From Epiperipatus broadwayi (lineage: Eukaryota; Animalia; Onychophora), in NCBI GenBank assembly GCA_028023455.1, contig JAQFVV010000001.1, forward strand, positions 33,480,001-33,544,000: a stretch of 64,000 nucleotides of DNA, written 5' to 3'. The notes below the pieces were generated by a model. That model did not search any database and was not told the DNA's origin. It saw nothing but the letters and a program-made list of their open reading frames with translations. Positions within the stretch are counted from its first letter, which is position 1. Each line of letters begins with the position of its first letter. A program made the position numbers and the translations under genes. This document shows positions 54,763 through 64,000 of this stretch, in pieces.

Positions 54763-56610
54763 TATGTTAGCTTGTATAGAAAGTAGTTAAACTACTTCAC
54801 TGACTAAGTTCACAATTTCTATACAAGCTAACATATGCGAAATCTTTCGATTTACAGCAAGTCAGTGTGAAGCTCTTATAATTACAAAGCTTGTAAGACA
54901 GTTTAAAGTTGTAATTAATAATTTGTTAAGCGCATACTCATTATGTAAGTAATATACACCTGGGTTTCATTTTATGCAGTAAATAGGTTCCTCAGAAAAC
55001 GCGCACAAAAGAAATCTCACAAAAATAGACTTAACTTACCTTGAAAAATAGGGGATAGGTTCTGTAATTTTTAGAAATCACATAAAAGCAAAACCACAAT
55101 GAAAAATTACTTTAAAATTCACATTAAAAAAATAAGGAAATGAGGTATGACTAATAAAAAAAATTTCAAATATTTGGAAAAAAATTAATACAAGACAAAC
55201 TTTTTTTATTAACTACAGTATTAATTTTACATTTTTTATACGTATTTTAATCATTAATGCTTTTTGACAATATGTGTTTGTTTGTGAACTGGTAAGAAAT
55301 CCGATTCGTGATATGATGTACAACTAGCACCACTTTCAGTCTTGTACTGTGTTAATAGTTTTCTGTTTCTATATTAAAAAAATGACATCACAATCAAAAC
55401 AAAAAGATTATACATTATCAGTACAAAGATTATTTTCAGTTTACAAAATCAATAAAATCTATTTTAAAAATCTAAAAAATTATTTATTTCTGTTATATCT
55501 AATAAAATACGTTTTAAAAGTTAAATTTTTTTGAATATTTATTGTGAAATTTTTATACGTAAGTATAAATCTATTATTATTTACTCATTAGTATAAGCAG
55601 GTTATTTATATAGAAGCTAAGATTCTAAATACAGCTTCAGGCCATATTCACGTTAGCTGCTAATATAACATTATATTTTTTTTTAAAAAAGGATTTCAAG
55701 TCAAAATAAGTTATTAATAATTTAAATTTCTTGATATCTAATAAATATAGTGAAATATGAAAGATTATAAGAAGAAACATGAATTGCATAACTTCAAAAT
55801 CGCATTAAAATAATCCGCGAAAAACGAGACCTAGGTGTATATTAAGGCCATAAACATAAGATTATGATGTGACAGTAGGGACCTCTACAAATCGTAACCA
55901 AGATTAACCACTTTAAAAGACAAGAGCAGCCACTTTTCTTCGACCTGCTTTTTAATTATATAGACTAATCTTAATTATATAGACTAATCTAAAGTGAGAG
56001 CAGCCATTTTTTTCTTGGACCCAATTCTTAATTATATTGACGAATCTAAAGTGTGTTTTAGATTCGTCTATATAATTAAAAAGTAGGTCAAAGAAAAGTG
56101 GCTGCTTTTGTCTTTTAAAGTGGTTAATCTTGTGCTTTAGATTTATCTATATAATTAAAAAGAAGGTCCAAGAAAAGAGTGGCAACTCTTGTTTTTTAAA
56201 ATTGTTAATCTTGTGTTAAGATAGTCTTAAGGTTATAGTATTAATATATATTACTTACATAATGAGTATGTGTTTAAATTATTAATTACAACTTTAAATT
56301 GTCTTAAAAGATTTCTAATTATAAAGAGCTTCACATTGACCTACTGTAAATCAAAAGATTTTGTGTACGCTAGCCTGTATAGAAATTGTGGACTTATCAG
56401 TGAATTAGTTAATAGCTGCTTCATGCTCTCAAATCAAAATGCTTTAGATTCGCCTATATAATTAAAAAGTAGGTCCAAGATAAGAGTGGCTGCTCTTGTC
56501 TTTTAAAATCGTTAATCTTGTCTTAAGATTAAGATTTGTAGAGGTCCCTACTGTCGCATCCAGGCGCATAGTTTTAAGGTTATAGCCTTAATATATATTA
56601 CTTAAAGACT
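54763..56610. mobile_element. Multi-axis palindromic (foldback) repeat complex
   Basis: 54781-54956 is the reverse complement of 56247-56422; 12-bp stem gacgaatctaaa/tttagattcgtc with a 6-nt loop at 56051-56056; about 5 copies of an about 80-bp unit in both orientations; gatttgtagaggtccctactgtc inverted pair at about 55870 and about 56535. Confidence 0.8.
54957..55837 (+). mobile_element. Same MITE family, subtype 2
   Basis: TA-cacctgggtttc...gagacctaggtg-TA; inserted at a TA inside one arm of a larger palindrome. Confidence 0.9.
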
Positions 56611-56764
56611 TTAATAACTAAAATACAGGCTTATTATATACCTGTATCAATACATGTAATATATAGGGTATATAAGCACAGGCTTTTACACGACCCACTA
56701 CTCACCATTCTATATCATATTACTGATACACTTAAACACATATATGTCAAAAAGATAAATAATA

Positions 56765-56808
56765 ACCAATATAAATATTTCATGCTAAACCAGCAATCAT
56801 CAGTTGGT
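56765..56808 (-). ncRNA. Candidate minimal type I hammerhead ribozyme (inverted twin)
   Basis: Minus strand accaa-CTGATGA-ttgctggtttagcat-GAAA-tatttat-a-ttggt; 5-bp stem I. Confidence 0.55.
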
Positions 56809-57011
56809 CCAGATTATCATCTTTACACACATATGCAATAAATGCTCAGAAGATATATATTAAGATAGCCATTTTCATATTTTAATGGACAGGCTTCAAT
56901 CTATTCCACACAATACAACTCTTTACCTGTCCATCCAATTGAAAATCTGATGATGGAACCTGCCTGTATCTGAGCACTTATAGCATATATGTGTAGAGAT
57001 CATAATCTGGA

Positions 57012-57053
57012 CCAACTGATGATTGCTGGTTTAGCATGAAATACATATATTGG
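57012..57053 (+). ncRNA. Candidate minimal type I hammerhead ribozyme
   Basis: Stem I ccaa/ttgg; core CTGATGA 57016-57022; stem II tgct/agca; GAAA 57038-57041; 2-bp stem III; AUA cleavage triplet (H17 at 57049). Atypical U-U at 10.1/11.1. Confidence 0.55.
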
Positions 57054-57959
57054 CGATTATTTGATCTTTTTGACATATGTGTTCAAGTGTATCAATGATA
57101 TGAGATAGAGTGATGGGCCATGTGAAAGTCTGTGCTCATTTATCCTATATATTAAAGACTTTTTGTAAATTCAAAATTATCTTAGAAAAGATGTGTGACA
57201 TAGTTGATTGTTAATAATTGGTTCAATATATGTTAAATTTACCTCAAATATTGCAGATTTTGAATGGTTTTTTGGGTTTTAATTAAACCAGAAAATTCTT
57301 GCTTGTTACCTAACAATACTAAGATTCTCTGCCGCTAATCAAATATTTTTTTCTTGAAAATTATCTCTTACAGACACAGAATTTTTTTTATAACTAGAGT
57401 GTTATCTAATTATATCAAGTTCAGTCTTTGTGGAGGATTTAAAAAAAAATTATCTTTAAAAAGAAACTAATATATTTTTAGGATTTGAAACAATCACTGC
57501 TGCCGATATTTCAATAATTATTATTGATTTATAAAGGTTACATTATTTACATAGAGCATAATGGAATATTTCTGTAGTGTAATTTTCATTATATCACTCT
57601 TTCAAAGTGGGGAATGTTTTCTATCCACTTTTAATACCTTGCCTGATAATGGTGTAATGAAAATTACAGAAATAGTCATTATAGGATAATCTCTAGTCAA
57701 ATGAATGACTAATAAAAATTATTAATTACATAGAGCATGTTTACAAATAGTTGCCAAGTTACATGGGCATATAAATTTACACATTTATTAAACAGTGAGT
57801 TAATCCTCTAATTGGGGTGATTATTACATATAATAATTTTGAACATACTGAGTTTTTGCATGTGGTCATGGATGATTATTGACTAAACAATGGTTACAGT
57901 ATGATGGATGCATAAGGCTATTAAATTTGACATAACTTAATTACATAAAATCAACATGT

Positions 57960-58740
57960 GTTAATCCAAATAATTAAAACATAAGAATTGGAAGGGGTTG
58001 ATTGTTGAGCTGTATAGGTATTTGCTATTGAGTGATGAGTCTAATCATCACCATTTTGTGACTGTGTGGGATCTGGTATATTGGCTGATGCTAAGTGTGC
58101 TGTGATTCGATAGTGAAGCTCATGTTGAAGTTGGATGGCTGAGTTTTCTGGAGTGTGGTTAATATCCATGGAAATTTTGAATATTGCAGAGTAGTTCACT
58201 GTTGATAGATGTATCTTGTATGTTCTCTTTTTGATTTCTTGGTTTTTCTTGGCTCTATCTGGCTTCCTTTGTTTTCCTTGGGTGTTGGAGCAAGTATGAC
58301 TATCGATTGGAGGTATGTTGATATTGTATCTATGATTTATATGGTTTTGTTACCAGTGCTGACTGAGCTCATTGATAGTTTTAATGGTAGATCTATTGCC
58401 AGTGTGAGATTTGTTAAGTGTTCTTGTGGTGATGCTGGTTATTTCACCTAGTTGAATGGATTGGCTGGCTTGCTGGCCAGAATCAGTTTATGGGTGTTTA
58501 TCTGGGTGATGTGTGTTGATAGATTTAGTAATGGGGATACTGAGGGGCTTCCGGATTGATGGGTAGTGCAAGAGATAACTGAAAGCTGTTGCTGGTCCTG
58601 TGGGCTAGTTGTTTTTCTTGGTTGCCAGCTGCGTCTGTTCAGTTTATGTGGCTCTAGGCATTATTGAATAGCAAGATGACCTCATTTGCTGAAGGCATAA
58701 TATTGGGGATTTAAGCTCCCTCCTCCAAGCAAACTGATCA
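57960..58740 (-). pseudogene. Possible decayed LINE RT (Jockey/I-like)
   Basis: Weak: APQ..SPLLNL and KFHGY...SRKLS resemble PQGS.LSP.LFN and K.LG..D.KL; strong A/C skew on the minus strand. Confidence 0.3.
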
Positions 58741-58874
58741 GTCACTCTCGTTAGCAATTGATCAACAAATAATTGCCCTCACTGATACTCCATGTTAGCA
58801 GAAACATGCATTTCAGTCAAGATTACTTTCAATCCCCCCCCCTCCTCGGGCATTATTAACCCTCTTTATACTCC

Positions 58875-60400
58875 ATGAAACTAAAAATAACAGGGCTCAA
58901 TGTCCATGGCCTCAATTCATTAACAAAGCTGTATCAATTGCAGAAGTGGATTATTATTCAATCTCATCTTGAATTACAGGGAACTAAAATATGGGGAGGG
59001 TCTCTAATTGACTCCACTGACTAACTACCTTCATTGACATGTCTTCTGTGCTCATGCCAAAGATACTTCCTCACCAACAGCAGGCACTGGTATTCTCATC
59101 ACCTTTGATTTGCCATTTGCCATTCAAATCATTTAAAATTCTATATTGATGGGCACATACTAATTACTACTTTCACCACCATACAGAAGCACTCAACATA
59201 GTATCCGCCTACCCCCCCCCCCCAGAAGCATCACATATATCATCAAAACCATCAATTCAGTTCTTATAACGTGCCCGCACCGAACTATATTAATGAGTGA
59301 TTTCAATTTGGATTATCCAACTTTTATAAATAAATGCCTTCATATCTTAAATTTTCCTCTAATGAGTACTTACACTGGCCAGTCTCACTCACCAACCTAT
59401 GTTTTTACTCTTTGCTGTTGCATCATCTAATAGAACTTTAACCCTACTTCATTTCTCAGACTACTCTGCCCAACCAGTCACACTACTTATATACTCCAGG
59501 TAATGTCCATTTAATTACATAAAACACTCCACATGATGTTTTCCTCATTTACTACTGAGTTCATGTATTCTGAATCCTACACCATGTTAAACAAGCTGCA
59601 CCAAATGACCATAGATAGACCCAATACAGAAGTTTCTTGCCTTCATGCACATATCATTTAATATACAATATAACATGACTGGCCACCTCTGCATCTTTTA
59701 ACATTGGCTGATGAATTACATAAGTTAATTACCATTACTAAGCCCACCCACAAAACACACTTAACAATTAGTTATTCTGGCTTACTCAAACTTGCCACCA
59801 TGTCTGAAAACAGTTAGACTACCTTGCAATAATAAAAAAAAAATTGCTTAACCCAGCAGCACGTGGACAAGAGCATTCATATGCTGGGCAATGTGTCAAC
59901 CATCCTTATGTTCTTATGGCACTTCAAATTGACATAGGTACATTACTGGACCTAATATGACTCATGATATATATCTGCACTTGAAAAATAACTTCAGACC
60001 ATGATACTAGTCACTCCAGTACAGTATTTTGGACAACCAGAAACTACCATGTCTTTCCAAACCAGCCAATTTGCTGTCAAACTTGCCACTATTGAAGACT
60101 CTTGTCTCATTGGGCCCCATAGGTATTCCTTCATTCATCGTGAGTCATTTTAGTCATTTCACTACGCTGTATATTCATGATCTGGCAATGTCCTATCCCA
60201 GAGAATATTTACTGTAAAAAGTTTGTATCCAATTGCCATAGTGCCTTTCACTAAAAAACCCGAGGCTACATCTGATCTAACCAACCTCTGGGTTATCTCT
60301 ATGGGCCCACTATCCATTAAAATACTTGAAAAAGTAATCAAGAACAAAATTGAGTTGCACTTCCATTATTATCATATCTACTGTATCATGGTCGACGAAG
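58875..60400 (+). pseudogene. L1/Tx1-like LINE ORF2, endonuclease and start of RT, disrupted (piece 1)
   Basis: MKLKITGLNVHGLNSLTK..LQGTK, AGTGILI, ILMSDFN, LGPIGIP, YPIAIVPFTKKP..LTNLWVIS..IKILEKVI. Confidence 0.85.
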
Positions 60401-60404
60401 CTCC

Positions 60405-61505
60405 CTAACCTAATCTGCCGTACCAGAGCGCTACCAGGCCATTTAAAACTTTTTATCGAACCGAAAGCACCAGTCACTAGCTCAGGGAGAAACTGAGTTT
60501 AAAATATCATACTGTATTCAAATTTTTAATGCTTACTTTTAAATATTAATAAAATATATAAAATAAGTTACTGCCAAAATTAATTCAACAAAACATTTTA
60601 TTATAACACACACACGCATTAAAAAAATTCTGAAAAGTAAATCAACTAAATATATTTGATTTGGATTATGTGCACAGATAGAAGCGTTTAATAGATTTAA
60701 ATACAATTTTAATATTTTATTAAGTGTGAACATGCTACTTAAATTATGCAATAACCAACCCAATCCCTCTTAATCTTAGGCCAAAAATCTCGCATTTAAA
60801 CCAACGCTAGCTTACTGATATACCGATGTGACCAATGCAAAATGAGATTATTAACATAACACAATCATGCTAAGAGGAATTTACATCTGTAGCATGATAT
60901 CATTAGAAAAATGACGATTCATGGTGAGAAGGAATGAGCTTCTTCCCCATGATACAAAAACAAAATTATACGAGAAGCTCTGTAAATAGTGATAGCGGTC
61001 TTTGCCGGCTTACTGACCCAGTCAGAGTATAAGAAAATCAATGGCATAGGAAATACGTCTATGACCATTAACAACATGATGGCTACTCTTTTGGGTCATA
61101 CATTCAGGTGGGTATTATGCCCCGTATGGTAACATGGTACAAGGGAATGGGTATCCAATGCACCGGCCTACTCAAGTTACATTGACATAAAACATCCGTA
61201 CATCTATCCACTAGCACCGATCCAACTATGAAACAATTAGCTCAAAATTAACACACTTTAAACTAACGATCTTACGAATCTATGCAGCTATTCACACTCA
61301 CTTTAAATAAATAATTTAAAAGAAATTACGAGATTGGAAATGATATTAAGCATATTTAAAAAAAAAGAAAGTATATAAATAATTTAAAATTTAGTCAGAC
61401 GAGATTTCTTTTAAAAGTTAAGTGACACTTAAAATACTGGAAAAAGTTCGCATTGTACGATTAATGTTCATACTTCATTTAAAAGAAAAGTTTATACTTT
61501 CCAAT
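60405..61505. mobile_element. Unclassified dispersed repeat, copy C, lying between two LINE pieces
   Basis: atctgccgtacc-agcgct-accaggccattt, cactagctc, gatataccgatgtgaccaatgc, gggtcatacattcag, aactatgaaa, ttaaactaac, aatactggaaaaagtt and tttatactttcc are shared with A and/or B. The 3' strand of the large stem is missing. Confidence 0.75.
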
Positions 61506-61689
61506 GCTATAGGTAAAGTCCATCTTTGTAATCCTTGATGCATGGTAGAATTCAGTTTTTTCCATTTCCTATTCTTCTAGATGGAGAGAAGTCCATTGCT
61601 GGCTATTTTTCGGGAACCATCCTATTCTGGAGACTGCTTCACGGGATACCACGATTTGTCTTGTTGCACAATTAAAATAATCCATCAAG

Positions 61690-63929
61690 TCATTGGTGTC
61701 CTGGCTGGGGAATTTCAGATCATCCCTGACCTGTACCCTATTGCATTTGTACCTTTTCTCAAAAAGCCATTGAATCCATCTTCATTAACTAATTTAAGAC
61801 CCATATCAGTAACCCCATTGTTAATAAAAATCATCGAATCATTTGTTAAGGATAAGATCCAACAGCGGCTGTTCTAAAATTTCCTTGCACCAATTTGCCT
61901 GCAAGGGATCATCCACTATTGAGACAGTAAGATTTGCCTTATTGATGGAGTATATAAGGACATAAAAGACATCAGGACTTATGGTGGTGCTTGTGGACTT
62001 CACGGCAGCATTTGACTCCATTGTGGCTGCAAAATTATTTTCAATTTTGGAGTCCTATGGGGTATCCAAAGTCTACATTAGAATCAGCAAATCTGCTGCT
62101 AAATAGATCAATATATACACCATTGGACAGCTTTTGGCTCCAGGGTTTGAACCACATCTATCAATACCCCAGGGGTCACCTCTTAGCACCTTGTGTTACA
62201 TAGCCTATGTAAACCCTCTATTAACAGCTATTGAGAAACATCTTCCTGGGATATTTGTTCACAGTGCTAGGGAAGGAAGTTCCAATATCACAGTCTTTGT
62301 CCCGACACATAAATACTTGCCCAAACTATATAAATTGCTGGATGAATACACTGAGAAATATGGGCTAAGAATAAACTCTGAGAAATCTGCTACCTGCAAG
62401 ATTCATTGGGTGATAGCAATTATTTCAAGATTCTTGGGAAAACCTCAAAACTTTCTTGGATTTACCATGTTGCTGTCCAGGTCGGCTATGAGAAGAGCAC
62501 TACAAAACAGCATTCTAGAAAAACCAAAAAGGTTGCAAGTGCTATCTCAGGGATCTACTTATCACTCTCGGGTAAGGCAGCACTGATTAATATGTTGGTG
62601 CTTCTGCAAATTAATACTTTATGCCACTTTTTAAACCGAGGTCCTTTCAGAATGCAATAAATTCGGTCTGCACTGGCATCTTGTGGAAGACAAAAACAGT
62701 AATCATCAGTTTATCGAAGATGCAGAGACCGAAACACCCGAATGAGCTCTGATTTCCTGATCTTAAACCTTTTTCATTCAGAAATCCCTATCAATGCTTA
62801 AGGCAGTGTATGCAAAGATTGCTAGTAGACTAATTACAGAACGAGATTGATCCTACTGACATGCGCCACCCATACAAAGTAAGTGGGCCATGGAGCTACT
62901 AGCATATACCAACAAATTCTTCAAAGTTACGGCATCAATTATTGACAATACTAACATTTACTGGCAAGTTTACAAATACATGCATGCAAACGTTACTGCA
63001 TTAACTACTGAGCTTGATTTATCTACCCGATTACTAATCAGCAAATTAAAATTTTGCTACTTGGAAGCCAAACATATTGACTTTATCATAAAATTTAATT
63101 TGAAAACCTTGCCAATGAATCATTTTTTTGGTAAATCATAGAAATGTCTTTAAAATAGAAGCACTATGTCGCTTATGTAAAGTAGCGGATGAAACTATTG
63201 GACATATTTTTACTGCTTGCCCATTTTTGAGTTCTGCTAGACAAAATATCATAATCAGAGTACTTCCAGCTAACATGAAAATTCTAAGAATCAAGGATAC
63301 CATAACGAGTGATGTTTTTGCTGCGAGATGGGAATGTTACTGCTTTATACCATCGGTTAACTAGGAATTATTTTGTTTTTAAACAAGGAAGTAAAGAAAC
63401 GTAAAAGATATGTAAAAAAATTATTCGAAGGACTATGTTCAGGGATTGCTTATTAAGGCCGGAAAAGCTCTTCGGGGACACTTGGTTAGGCCATTGGATG
63501 AAGTGCCTATCCTCAGGCATGCTAATTAAAAATTAATTCAAGGTTAAAAAATAAATGGTCCAGTTAGATGGAGAATGACAAAGGACCACTGCCAATCAAA
63601 ATATGGACTGCACAATGATCACTGGCTAAGTCACTAAATGAAGAGCCAGTTATTCTGATATAAAACTAGTTATATAATAATTATAGACTTAAGTTTGAAC
63701 GATGAGCTTCTTGCTCTGATCATGAAATTAATTTGTCATAATAATAAGTAATGTATCAAACGGGTATATTTTCTAATTTGGAAAATTATTTACTAATGAT
63801 TGTTGTAATAAGTGTAACAAATCTAAACAAATGTATACCAACAAGTTTTATATTGTAATTGTATGTGTATTTTCCTTAATAAAAGAAAAAAACATTTTAA
63901 TAAGACGATTTAATTAAAAAAAAAAAAAA
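61690..63929 (+). mobile_element. L1/Tx1-like LINE, RT to 3' poly(A), disrupted (piece 2)
   Basis: LTNLRPISV, VDFTAAFDSI, IPQGSPLSTL, GLRINSEKS, LSLSGKAALIN, CRLCKVADETIGHIFTAC (CCHC), LTRNYFVF; A-tail 63916-63929. The YADD position reads SSN, so the RT is dead. Confidence 0.9.
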
Positions 63930-64000
63930 TTACAAACACATTTTTAAATCTAAACTATCCTCCACCAAATAAATAGGTACTTTCTTTTCTATATATATTC

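Larger units (their letters stand above)
56657..57154. mobile_element. 498-bp foldback element, arms of about 230 bp around a 32-nt loop
   Basis: taatatatagg...catgctaaaccagcaatcatcagttggtccagattat...atggacagg / cctgtccat...ataatctggaccaactgatgattgctggtttagcatg...cctatatatta. Confidence 0.9.

Noticed and set aside
55846-56587. TTAA-flanked Kolobok-like element
   Set aside because: The inverted symmetry extends beyond the TTAA sites into 54781-54956 and 56247-56422, so TTAA is internal to a larger palindrome.
56947-56975. Extra CTGATGA near the centre of the foldback element
   Set aside because: Lacks GAAA and stem II; at best a degenerate half core.
1-64000. Remaining short ORFs in the supplied track; tRNA, rRNA or CRISPR arrays
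   Set aside because: The ORFs are low-complexity F/I/L/K-rich products of AT-rich DNA or antisense to TE remnants; no tRNA, rRNA or repeat-spacer pattern was seen.

Overview
Very AT-rich eukaryotic, probably invertebrate animal, intergenic or intronic DNA. No intact protein-coding gene was found, and most short ORFs in the supplied track are spurious or pieces of decayed transposon ORFs. The window is a layered transposon graveyard. It holds a Ginger-like (KRBA2/SCAND3-type integrase) element split by about 5.4 kb of nested insertions, and several TA-flanked Tc1/mariner-type MITEs. It also holds hAT elements with perfect 8-bp TSDs, piggyBac, Tigger, Charlie and probable Gypsy remnants, many RTE LINE fragments, and two L1/Tx1-like LINE pieces at the right end. 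Three observations stand out. (1) A 498-bp foldback element at 56657-57154 carries a minimal type I hammerhead-ribozyme-like motif in each arm. (2) An unclassified three-copy repeat family (about 4.7, 8.0 and 60.4 kb) has a conserved terminal stem-loop with a covarying self-complementary hexamer, followed by a degenerate YRCxQC zinc-finger-like frame. (3) A multi-axis palindromic complex lies at 54.8-56.6 kb. All calls were made by eye with no database search, and boundaries of decayed elements are approximate.
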